Of a stretch of 64,000 nt of DNA, positions 52,692 to 64,000 are shown in pieces. The first letter of the stretch is position 1. Each line of letters starts with the position of its first letter. This DNA comes from Octopus sinensis. Its lineage: Eukaryota. The stretch spans positions 23,250,001 to 23,314,000 of the forward strand of contig NC_042997.1 of the NCBI RefSeq assembly GCF_006345805.1. The letters run 5' to 3'. The translations under genes were made by a program, and so were the position numbers. The notes beneath the pieces are model-generated. The model saw nothing but the letters and a program-made list of their open reading frames with translations, was not told where the DNA came from and searched no databases.

Positions 52692-52918
52692 TTATAGCTC
52701 AGCATTTACCTTAGTAGAACTCAATTTATCGTGATCTGAATTCAAAATTACATGATAATAAAAGTTAACAGCTTTTTCAAAATTTGCTACTGATATTCTT
52801 TCATTATCTCCATGAACCATGCTTGCAGTCTCTGGCGTTACAAATGCAGGGTTGAATCGGTAGATACTTTTCGTCATATGTTTATAGTGGTGAGTATCTG
52901 TGTTGGCAATCATTAGTC
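52692..52918 (-). CDS. PM20D1: PM20D1-like terminal exon (GLMIANTDTHHY...IYRFNP...VHGDNERIS...AEL*)
   Basis: tctttag acceptor; NTD and HGxNERI metal-site motifs; TAA at 52694-52692. Confidence 0.94.
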
Positions 52919-53579
52919 CTAAAGAAAAGAGATAAGTTAAACAATGATGAAAACTATTGAAAAAAAAAAGAAAGAAGAAGATTCAATTTCATGAAAAACA
53001 TGTGAACATAAAAGCAATAATTCTAAAGCCAAAAAAAAAACAAGAAAAGAAATTCTTTGAACTGTTGAGAGACATAATTTTATAATTAAAGCTAAATTAA
53101 AAATTTAATTTTTGGAACATATACCTTACTTGCTCTTTTGTAAAATATGACCAGTTTTCAATGCCTCACTGAAATAATGTTTACAAGTGGCAATATATAT
53201 GTATGCATATTTGTGTGTGTGTGCATGTGCCTATAATTGCAAATGGTCAATCCAAGGTCATTGCTCAGTCATGTGTTGAAGGAAGGAATTTGAACTAAAA
53301 ACAATAAGTAACTTTAAAGACATTTATACTCTCACTCATACACACACATATATACACAAACACATGCACTCACAGATACATACATATCCTTTTTAGGAGT
53401 TTATTGTTGTTTTCCTTTTCTCTGTCATTGTCCCAAAAGCAGTTACAATTAATTCCCAAGGGAATTGTAGCAGCTTTGAGACTGGGTAGCAAACTTTTAA
53501 TTGAATGAATTTGTGTCACTAATTTGAAGAAATCTATGGTTATTTATCAAAAAGAGGATCCATTACATTTTTAAAGTTA

Positions 53580-54804
53580 CAGGGGTTGGACAAAATACTG
53601 AAAACACCTTAAAATTTCAAACAAATTTATTTTAATATGGAGTAGGACTGCTTTGGCAGTAATTACAGCTTGAATTCTATGAAATATGGACTCGCACAAA
53701 GTTTGAATTGTTACCAAAGGAATTTTTGTCCATTTTTCAGCTAAAACAGTCTCCAGTCCTTGTAGTGATGATGGTGGAGGATATCAACTCTTTACTCGTC
53801 TTTCTAAAATGCACCATCAATGTTCAATAATATTGAGATCTGGGGACTGTGGTAGCCAGATAAGATGTTCAACTTCACTAGAATGTTCTTCGTGCCATTC
53901 AGTAACAACTTTAGCTGTGTGAATTGGTGCATTATCATCCTGAAAGATTGTGTATCCTTCTGGAAACAGTTCTGCAACCATAGGATGAATATGATCAGAT
54001 AAAATGCTTAAATAGTCTTGACTATTAATTCTGCCATGAAGGGAAACCGTTGGGCCAGCGGATTTCCAAGATACAGCCCCTAGATCATTACAGATCCTCC
54101 TCCATGTATAAAAGTTGGAAGAAGGCAGTCTGGGTCAAATGCCTCTTTTGGCTGTCTCCACACGTATACTCGGCTGGTGATCGAAAATATGGTAAAAGAT
54201 GACTCATCCAAGGAAATAACATTCTTTCACTACTCTAGGGACCAATTCTGTAGGTTTTTACTCCACTCTAAATGCTTTGCAACGTTAATTTTAAAGTAAT
54301 GGTTTTCTGATTGCATCCCTCCCATGAAATCCAGCTTTGTGCAGCTCCTGGCAAACAGTTTTAGTGGAAACTGAGTTCTCAAGGTGGTTATTAAGCTCTG
54401 CAGTAATTTTGGGAGCTGTACTTTTGTGAACCTTTCTAACAATTCGCGTAAGAGTCTGACAGTCCCTATCTGAAGGTTTTGGTTTTCTTTTGGAGTTTCT
54501 TCTGGAATTTCGATGAGGAGGTTTTTCCCTCTTTCTCAAAGGCTGTCATTACTTTCAAGACAGTACTTCTTGATGCACCAAACATTTTAGATGTTTTCGT
54601 TAGGCTAGTGCCTACCATACGAGCACCAACAATTGGACCCCTTTTTAGTTAACTTTTTCTGAAAGAAACAGCAATTCTAGCAAAACATATTACACACAAA
54701 TAAATCAAAAATACAAAAATAAACAAGCATTGGACAGTTTTATAGATATTTCAAAATTATGATGCCATGATGCTAGGTGTTTCCATTATTTTGTCTAACC
54801 CCTG
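53580..54804 (-). mobile_element. Full-length defective Tc1-type transposon with DD36E spacing (1225 bp)
   Basis: TA-flanked 30-bp TIRs caggggtt(g/a)gacaaaata... with 3 mismatches; IVGARMVG..., HTH segment, LDESSF, FQDDNAP-(36 aa)-E; in-frame stops. Confidence 0.92.
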
Positions 54805-55257
54805 TATGTTTTTATATTGAAAGAGAGCCTCTGCATGCAGGATTGCTAGGAGGGGGAGCCTCCCTATACTGAGTACTCCATATCTTTCATAGCAGGATCC
54901 TCCAATATTGAGGGGCCCTGGAGCAATTTCCCCCCTTTGCCTCCCTATAAATCCGGCCCTGCATTCCACTACTTTTCAGTTTACATTATGTTCCCAATCA
55001 AAACTGACATTACTTAACATTGGGAGAAAAATTTTTGTCTACAGCAACATTTCTGCCAATCAATTCAGATTCGGTTAAAATACAAGATTGATAATTAGAA
55101 GTTCTCCATATATTAGATATATTCTACAAATTCAAATGAATGAAAAGCAAAGTTGTCTCAGTGAATATGAAAGTATTAAATTAAATACTGCATGTAGGTT
55201 TTTATTCAAGTGCTCTTACCATTTATGCCACTCCACTTCCTTAATATAATAATACTA

Positions 55258-55652
55258 ACTAGCAGTATCGCCTGGCGTTGCTCGGGTTTGTAAGGGAAAT
55301 AACTATATAAGCATTTTTAGAGAGTTATAGCCAAATAATAGCAAAAGATGCATTCAAAATGGAAAAAAAATGATGGTAAATTTTTTTTAAATCGTTGACT
55401 CATCGTAGACATTTTTAGAGAGTTACTTCCCTTATATAATAGCGAAAAAATGCATTAAAATGGAAAAAAATGATGGTAAATTTTTTTTTTGAAATCGTAG
55501 ACTCATCGTAGACGCAAGCTAATACCCAGAAGGGCTCAATATGAATCACGACTATAAGATACCCGGTTTTGGTTAAACTGCACCGCAAAATGTGGGAGTA
55601 GAATCTAAATCGTAGGAGACAGACACACAACTTCACTTTTATATATAAAGAT
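55258..55652 (+). mobile_element. Non-autonomous Helitron/Lep1-like element
   Basis: 5' actagcagtatcgcctggcgttgctcggg; 3' agacagacacacaacttcacttttatatataaagat; internal tandem duplication of about 70-100 bp; no TSD seen. Confidence 0.6.
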
Positions 55653-55659
55653 ATGCTGC

Positions 55660-56256
55660 ACATACAACATCCCTCACAAGAACAAGTGGTTGGAACACAA
55701 GCCACAAATTGTTCAGAATGCTGAGATTACCATCCTTTGGAATTCCAGTATTCAGCCTGATTGGAAAATACAGGGAAACTGACCCATTCTCATTGTGAAA
55801 AATCCTATTGAAAAGACTTGTCTTCTGACTGATGTTGCAGCCCCAGCCAAGAAAATACATCTGTGAAAATGTTTGAAAAACTGAGCAAATATAAGGATCT
55901 GGATATTGAAAATGGAAGAATGTGGCATCTGAAAACAACATTACTTATTATTATTGAAGCACTTAGAATGATATCAAGAGGAGCAAACAAGTATGAGGAC
56001 CAAATTCCTGGAAGCCCCAATACAAGCAAATTATGGAAGTTCATACTTAAATGAGTACCACACATATTCTGCATAAATTCCTCACCATGTAAATGCACCT
56101 TTATTCATTCCCTCCCCACCAACTCCACAGATATCAGTATTTTCCATTGCATGGCACCTCACCTGTTAGTATCTCCAGATGCAAAATCTTGTCATCCCTA
56201 GACATCTCTGGTTGAGACTTGGGTGCAACTCATATAAATTAAGGCAAAAACCATAT

Positions 56257-56287
<31 letters not shown>

Positions 56288-56310
56288 ATAATAACAGCAA
56301 TAATAATAAT
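55660..56310 (+). mobile_element. 3' fragment of an RLE-endonuclease LINE (R4/NeSL-like) with (AAC)n/(AAT)n tail
   Basis: HKP...TILW...IQ.D..I...KTCLLTDVAAP...EKLSKYKDL.IE..RMW.LKT. Confidence 0.7.
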
Positions 56311-56626
56311 AATCCTTTCTACTAAAGGCACAAGGCCTGAAAGTTTTGAGGGGGTGGGCTAGTTAATTACATTGACCCCAGTGTGAAACTGGTGCTTATT
56401 TTATCAACCTCAAAAGGATGAAAGGCAAAATTGACCTCAGCGGAATTTGAACCCAGAATATCAAGCCAGATGAAATGGTGCTAAGCATTTTGCCTGGTGT
56501 GCTAATGATTTTGCCAGCTTGAGAGAAGATTCAAATAGTATATTAAAGCTGAATTAAAATTTTGGGCAACTAAATAATGAAATCAAGTAAAATATATTTT
56601 GAATAACAAAACTTTTTTTTATAATT

Positions 56627-57037
56627 AGGTGCAGGAGTGGGTATGTGGTAAGTAGCTTGTTTACCAACCACATGGTTCTGGGTTCAGTCCCACTGCGTGG
56701 CACCTTGGGCAAGTGTCTTCTACTATAACCTCAGGCCGACCAATGCCTTGTCAGTGGATTTGGTAGACGGAAACTGAAAGAAGCCCGTCGTATATATGTA
56801 TATATATATGTGTGTGTGTGTGTTTGTGTGTCTGTGTTTGTCCCCCTAGCATTGCTTGACAACCGATGCTGGTGTGTTTATGTCCCCGTTACTTAGCGGT
56901 TCAGCAAAAGAGACCGATAGAATAAGTACTGGGCTTACAAAAGAATAAGTCCTGGGGTCGAGTTGCTCGATTAAAGGCGGTGCTCCAGCATGGCCGCAGT
57001 CAAATGACTGAAACAAGTAAAAGAGTAAAAGAGTAAA
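56627..57037 (+). mobile_element. SINE family B ending about 30 nt from the PM20D1 donor at 57065
   Basis: Full B consensus with (aaagagt)n tail. Confidence 0.88.
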
Positions 57038-57065
57038 AGCTCAAATATATTTCAAAAAACCTTAC

Positions 57066-57231
57066 CTGGTACAACTAATACATCAGTGTATATTTCTCTG
57101 ATGCTGTTTTTCAATGTGTGGTAACCAAAACTATTATCATCATAAGGTGAAGTAGCAGAAGGGTCTAAAGAACTCTTGAGAGTAATTTTCACCCTATCAT
57201 CATTGATAATTTTGCGATCATATTCAATTAC
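57066..57231 (-). CDS. PM20D1: PM20D1-like exon (VIEYDRKIINDDRV...GYHTLKNSIREIYTDVLVVP)
   Basis: tttgcag acceptor, g|gtaagg donor, 166 nt, in frame with both neighbours. Confidence 0.92.
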
Positions 57232-59625
57232 CTGCAAATAAAATAAACATACAACAGACAATTATTTTTAATACTAATATTTTGTAATGAAGTTTAATCA
57301 TTATTGTGACAGTTAATCAGTATTCTACTCAAACCATTCTAATTAGCCTGATCTTTCAAATAGTAATTATTTTCAACATGACAAGATACAAATTCTCAGT
57401 GAGATACAAAAATTTCAATCACTAGTACATCATCAAGTAAGAATAACTTTTATTTGCAACATTCTCATGGGAAAAAAATCCACTCATAATTGATGCCTGT
57501 TTTGTCTTGCATCCAAATAGCACAAACTCAACAAAAAACCTGTTAAACTCCAACACTACTGTCCACATATGCACTGTTGCCATATGCAAAAAAAAACCCC
57601 TCTATTTGATCCAGCATAGTAACCAGTCCTAATGGCATCTTTTCAGGTAACTTTACCCTCTGCAATCTCTCTAAATCTATCCAATATACCAAAGAGACAC
57701 ACTTGTACAAATGCTGGATCTTAGAATTTCTAATAATTTCCCATAACAATCCCACAAATATATATTTCCAGAAACCAATGTCAAAGCTTCTAAATGGTTA
57801 CTTGACTTGGTAGAATGCAAATTTTCAAATCGTACCCTTGCTCTTGAATCAGTTCATGATAATACTGCAATACTAGTCCCTAGGCATGATACCTGCTTGT
57901 ATTACTTGGTTTACTATTCAAGTGACTACCCAGTACCCTATTTTGCCAGATATTTTAAGCATCCTGCTGACTATTCATGACAGTCAAGCTGGTTTCTTTG
58001 TTTTCATATCCCGTTACTGCCACATAGATAAGATATAGAATTTAAGAATATCAAAAGATAACATCTGAAACATGTTATTTTTTGTATAATTAATAAACAT
58101 TTCCTTCAAATTTTGGCACAAGGCCAGTTAACAGACGAAAAGCAAGTTGACCTCAGTAAGATTTGAACTCGGGGTGCAGAGCATTAGAACAAATACCAAA
58201 AGGTATTCTATGAGTCTGCCACTTCACCACCATCTATAAATTTGTAAATATATTGTTGGTTTTGTATCAGTAGAGTTGTAAGTGAATATCCTACCAACTT
58301 TAGCACTGTACCATAGGTAAGGCACTAAACTATTCTTACCGTGCCTATTCACGAGCAATGCAAATGTGAAAAGTTAGAGAATGATATGGTGGGAGCTTAC
58401 CAAACTAACTACAAGCTAATGAGTAATGAGATGTGCTTTAGTACTATGGTAGTACTCAGACATAACCATGTAGTGGATGCGTGGATGTATTAATAAATAC
58501 ATAAGTGCTTTGTAATAAATTAAAGATTTATTATCACTACATCAATTTGTAAGCAATGTTACACATCGCTTGTACAAAATGCATATTAAATAGTGGTTGC
58601 AAATAATACATATTAAAGGAATGCATAATACAGGATACACATTAAAGCAGAATATGTTTGATGGTGTGTGTGTGTGCGTGTGTGTAAATCATGCATGACA
58701 GAGTCACCTTTCTGATTATTCTTTCGTCGTCCTCATAAATGCGTGGCGTTCTCTTAAACGTTGGTTCGGGTTCTCTCTAGATACCTATTTCTCCGTTCTA
58801 TTTATAACATCTCAAATAGCCAGAAAAATAGATATACCGCAAGAGTGTTATTGCGTACAGTAGGTCGCTGGTCGTCCTGTTAAACTTCGCCTGACCTGCT
58901 TGGGTCAGAGGTCGAAGGGAGACGATCCATCATTTTTTGTCAGAACAAAGAGATTCTGATTTCGCGCCTTTTTGTGCATTGGTATTTTACGACCAATGAT
59001 TCTTGGGTCTGATTTCGAATCCAAGCTTTGAGAAGGAAGTGCTAATTCTTACAACCAGAACCAAGAGTAGTACAGCAGCTCATCTTTTCCATTGGCATTT
59101 CAAAACCATGTTTAAATAAGTTAACAATGGAGTCTCTATGCAATCACTCAATCTGCTTGAAATAGGAGTAAAATCTCCCTTAAATCATCATGCTACGAAC
59201 TTAAATGAAGAAGACACATTGAACAACGTAGCCTTTGATATATAAAAAGATGGTTACTCATTGTCTGCTGGATCAGGGCTGACCTGGGGAACAGAAACAT
59301 GTTTAAAGACACAGAACATTTTCATAATATATTAAACTATAAATCACATGATGTTGTGTGTGTTTTGTTAGTAAAATATAACAAATTATTAACGCTAAGA
59401 TCTTTTTACTGTTTACAGCAGTAAAATTCGTGGTAAAAACAAAACCTGACCATTTAAACCCAATTCTAAAGTTATTTTGTGACACACACAAAATCTCAAG
59501 AAAAATACTTACAAAATTGGGGGTTTTTTTGTTTGTTTCTTTTAATCACATGAAACAGGAAAATCATCATCTGAATAAAATCAAATTTGACCTTATTGTC
59601 TATGAAGGTTGTTTGTAATAATTAC

Positions 59626-59697
59626 CTGTTGAACTGTCTGTGAAGGATGGATGCGGTGATTAAGTACAGCTTCAGCTGATGCAGGAATCACATTATC
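59626..59697 (-). CDS. PM20D1: PM20D1-like exon (DNVIPASAEAVLNHRIHPSQTVQQ)
   Basis: tttaag acceptor, cag|gtaatt donor, 72 nt; NVIP...NxRIHP dimerisation-domain motif. Confidence 0.92.
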
Positions 59698-60199
59698 CTT
59701 AAATCAAAGTAAAAATAAGTTATATAAAGAAATACTTTTAAAAGTAAGATGATAGCTCAAAACCAAAATATAATTAGGAGCCTAAATACAAATGTAGTTA
59801 TCGCTAAAGAGCAAGAACAGCCTATTTATAAATAGATCAACCCCCACCCATATGTTATCCAGTATCAGCATCCATCAAGTATTCTCACCATGTATCTAGC
59901 TTTTAATATCCGTCACACTCTAATGCCCCTCCCATTATGCATGCTGGTGCTGGGACAGAATGGTTCCTGTACACTCTGTTAAGCATATGGCTGAGAGGAG
60001 TATTTAGTCCTGTCCAAGTTTTGACAATCCTTCAAGTGCTAATGCCATGAAAAAAAAAAAAAAGAAACACCAGCCACTTTACAATAAACCTTGTAAAGTG
60101 GCTGGTGTTAGGAAGGACATATTGCTGTAAAAGTCAGGGCAAAAATGAAAACTGATGAATGGCATGTGGTCTTCCAACCCATCTAGGTGAGGAGTGTAA

Positions 60200-60510
60200 A
60201 TGCATGTGGTTTAGTGGTTAGGGTAGTCAACTCATCATCGTAAGGTCACGAGTTTGATTACTAGCAGTGTGTTGTGTCCTTGAGCAAGACACTTACTTCA
60301 TGTTGCTCCAGTTCACTCAGCTGACAAAAATGAGTTGTACCTGTATTTCAAAGGGCCAGCCATATCACATTCTGTGTCATGCTGAATCTCCCTGAGAACT
60401 ATGTTATGGGTATGTGTGTGTCCGTGGAGTGCTCAGCCACTTGCACATTAAGCAGACTGTTCTGTTGATCAGATCAACTGGAACCCTCATCATCATAACC
60501 AATGGAATGT
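60200..60510 (+). mobile_element. tRNA-derived SINE (tgtgtccttgagcaagacact core)
   Basis: Head gcatgtggtttagtggttagggta; related pieces at about 17880-18030(-) and 24280-24400(+). Confidence 0.7.
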
Positions 60511-61494
60511 CAATTATTGTTCAATCCATGTCAACATAGAATACAGACATAAAATGATGATGATGATATGATTTGTATTGCATGTATTGCTGAATACCCT
60601 TTCTAATTGCTACAATACTCAAACATCCAATAAATGCAGTATTAAGTTTTCAGTTAATCAAGTCAGATATGTAAACCTGGATACATTACTTAGCCAACTC
60701 ACCAATGTTGATCAAATAGCTGAATACCTTAAATATTCAGCTATTACACAAATACACAAAAATACAACGATAAAAGTTAAGGCTTTGAAAATTTATACTT
60801 CATAACTGCTGATAAAAAAATTTCATTTGTAACAATCATCATTATCATCATCGTTTAATGCCCGTTTTCCATGCTAGCATGGGTTGGACGGTTCAACTGG
60901 GGTCTGGGAAGCCAGGAGGCTGCACCAGGCTCCAGTCTGATCTGGCAGTGTTTCTACAGCTGGATGCCCTTCCTAACGCCAACCACTCCGTGAGTGTAGT
61001 GGGTGCTTTTTACGTGCCAGGAGAGGCTGGCAACAGCCACAATTGGTTGGTGCTTTTTATGTGCCACCAGCACGGAAGCCAGTCAAGGCGGCGCTGGCAT
61101 CAGCCACGTACAGATGGTGCTTTTTACGTGATAAAAAAAAATTCATTTGTAACAATCATAAAAAAATAAATTTCTCATCCAAGTCAAAAATGCATTAAAA
61201 CATCCTCGTTGTGCTCTACCCCTACTGAAAGATTTTATTATGTTTCATTATCATCATCATCATCATCATCATCATTTAGCGTCCGTTTTCCATGCTAGCA
61301 TGGGTTGGACGGTTTAACTGGGGTCTGTGAAGCCGGAAGGCTTCATCAGGCCCAGTCAGATTTGGCAGTGTTTCTACGGCTGGATGCCCTTCCTAACGCC
61401 AACCACTCCATGAGTGTAGTGGGTGCTTTTTACGTGCCACCTGCACAGGTGCCAGACAGAGCTCCATAAGAAAAAAAGTTGTAAAAATATTTGC

Positions 61495-61573
61495 CTTAAT
61501 TCCGGAATTAAATCTGGTCACAGCACTTGCTGTCCTGACGAAAGTATTTGTTGCTGGTTTGCGAGACAAAAAC
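61495..61573 (-). CDS. PM20D1: PM20D1-like exon ([26 protein letters not shown])
   Basis: cttcag acceptor, 79 nt, phase matches the previous exon; equivalent to RTTxAxTxFxxGxK; ends at AAG|GCAAAT. Confidence 0.88.
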
Positions 61574-62155
61574 CTGAAGTGAGACATAAAATAAGTAGGC
61601 TTGAGTAGATAGCTATTATTTCATCTGTCTTTATATCCAACGAATCCATTTTTTATACAAGTTTTTACACAAGAGAATTTCTTATTTCAATATGAAATTT
61701 TAACAAAATTAATTACTGTTCACATATTTTCAGGTATAACAATAGATTGAAATATATAGTTGTGTATAATGAAATGATTAAGAAAATACGTAAATGCCTA
61801 TATCTTTAATACAATAATTTTATTGTGTTAATTTTGTTGTTTTTGTAAACAACAGAAGCCAAATTGTCAACAATGGAATTACAAATATCCTTAACATAAT
61901 ACATGGTTGGAAGTAATTAAAAGACTCTTAAGAACTAGAATAAGATGTTTGCCACAAAAGGGGAATAAATGTATCTTAAAGACATTAAAAAGGTAGCAGT
62001 TTTTGCAAACCAAAATGAAAAAAAAAAAATTTTCTGAAACCTATTTTGTTTCAGGGTAAAACTGGGAAAATTACAAACTGAGTAACTACAATTACACAAT
62101 GAAATAACTATATTTTTATAAAAATTCCAATATATAACTGGTTTGGAAAACTCAC

Positions 62156-62217
62156 CATGACACAAGAGGTCTGAATAACCAAAGGTTGGACAGTAAAACA
62201 CGAGGTATGAAAGGCAA
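62156..62217 (-). CDS. PM20D1: PM20D1-like peptidase internal exon (LPFIPRVLLSNLWLFRPLVS); earlier exons lie beyond the window
   Basis: tttaaacag acceptor, tg|gtgagt donor, 62 nt; SNLWLFxPL motif of PM20D1/Cps1-type M20 enzymes. Confidence 0.88.
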
Positions 62218-63912
62218 CTGTTTAAAATAAAATAAAAATAAAATGATAAAATTACATTAATCTTGATACATTCAATCACTAAATTTCACACTATTTATTT
62301 ATCTTTTTATCAAGAGATTTATTTATTTTTATCTTTTTATCACAAGAGACTTTTTCCACAGCCTCTGAGAATGGTAGCAGGGAGGGAGAGAAGAAGGTAT
62401 CCTCAAACCATAGATTTGGCCTGAATGCTTACATGAGGGTGGATGCTGCTAAAGTTAACCAGAGTAATACCTTCCTTTTGTACAGAAACATAAAATTAAT
62501 ATATCGTCAATCTCTAAGTGGTGACCTAGCAGAATCATTGACATGCTGGGCAAAACGCTTAGTGGTATTTCATTTGTCTTTACACCCTCAGTTCAAATTC
62601 TGCCGAGGTCAACTTTGCCTTTCATCCTACCAGGGTCAATAAAACAAGTACCATTGACTTACCCTATCCCCTGAAATTGCTGGACTTGTGCGAAAATTTG
62701 AAACCAATACATTGTCAATATAAAACCATAATCATTATATTTAACTGATAGTTACTGTTAGTCTTGACATTTTGTTGCCTTAAAAGTCCTTTCTTTCATA
62801 ATACACTAAAACAAAATTGTCACTGCTGAATAATTATGTCATTCATTGCAAAGCCATTAAAATAACCGGGTGCCACATAAAAAGCACCAAGAATACTCTG
62901 TAAAGTGATTGGTGTCAGGAAAGGCATCCAGCTGTAGAAACCAAGTCAAAGCAGACTATGGAACCTGGTGCAGCCCTAACCTTGCCAGTTCCTGTCAAGC
63001 CATCCCACCCATGCTAGCATGGAAATGGATTATGCTGATGATTATAATGATTAACTAGTTAGTTAAGTTTAATGTCTATTTTACTATGATTTGAGAGCTG
63101 ACCAGATGTATAGTATTACTCCTTTATATTCATTTTCTGAAATCCTTTTTGAGTTGTTCAAATTCTTATGCTACTATACACTATATCAAACCAACAAACT
63201 AAATTCAATTTAGTTTTCATATAGAAGAAAATCTCTCTTCTATCAGTAAGGTTTATCAATTCTCTGTCTTTTAACCTAACTGTTATGATATTTTCTCAGT
63301 TAAATTGAATCACAAGACCTTTGTGTTTCTTTTTTCTGTTCTACATGCTATGTAAGTAGAATGCATAAATATCTTATATTATAATAGGGAGGGAAAAAAG
63401 GGGAGGAATCAAAATATACACCGCAATGTATTTTTAGAAGAGGAGGAGAAAATATTGTTGTTGGGAGAGAAATAATGTTTGTGTGTGCATGAGAGAATGT
63501 GTGTGACAGATAGATAGATAGATAGTGTTTCCACCATTGTCTGTCTCCACCACAAAATTTATTAGAGAGAAGGAGAAAGGGAGGAGAAGTTGTTGTTGAG
63601 AGAGAGAAAGAAGAAGAGAGAGAGACAGTGTGTGTGAAAGATAAATACATAGATAGGTTGGAACTGTCACCAGAGTAACTAACAAATTTTGGTTAACAAC
63701 ATGGGAATTTTAAATACAAGTCAATACAATGGAACACAAACTTCAAAAAATGATTATATGAATATATATGATATCATCATTATCATTGTTGTTAATGTCT
63801 GCCTTCCATGTTGGCATGGGTGGGATTCATTCATATATTTATTTTCATATGTGTGTCCATGTGTGTTTGTATGTCTTTCAACATATAGACAAGGAAACAG
63901 ATTTCAAAGAAG

Positions 63913-63950
<38 letters not shown>

Positions 63951-64000
63951 GAGGTATAATCTTCTTATCTTATCTTTTCTTATCTTATATTCTGTTCACC

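Noticed and set aside
62218-64000. Further upstream PM20D1 exons
   Set aside because: No segment with suitable splice sites and M20 similarity was found; they probably lie beyond the window.

Overview
AT-rich, repeat-dense animal genomic DNA. The SINE/LINE repertoire looks like an octopus-type cephalopod genome (inferred from recalled repeat families, not verified). Two convergent protein-coding genes can be built by hand from splice signals and motifs. (1) A complete 9-coding-exon N-acylglucosamine 2-epimerase (RENBP/AGE) on the + strand, CDS 25543-46657, 1212 nt = 403 aa + stop; its non-coding first exon is not identified. (2) The last five coding exons of a PM20D1-like M20 peptidase on the - strand (62217 down to 52692), one intron of which appears to use a GC donor. 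The rest is transposon debris and microsatellites: a full-length dead mariner, a full-length dead Tc1-type element with DD36E spacing, a gag-less Gypsy remnant, a Penelope-like remnant with an intact-looking hammerhead ribozyme motif, RTE and RLE-type LINE fragments, Helitron-like elements, several MITEs and many SINE copies. Most ORFs in the supplied track are microsatellite or decayed-repeat artefacts. No prokaryotic systems, CRISPR arrays, rRNA or true tRNA genes were seen. Best leads: the hammerhead motif (44043-44139, -), the DD36E element (53580-54804), the GC-AG intron and a CpG-retaining candidate promoter island at about 4.4-6.35 kb.
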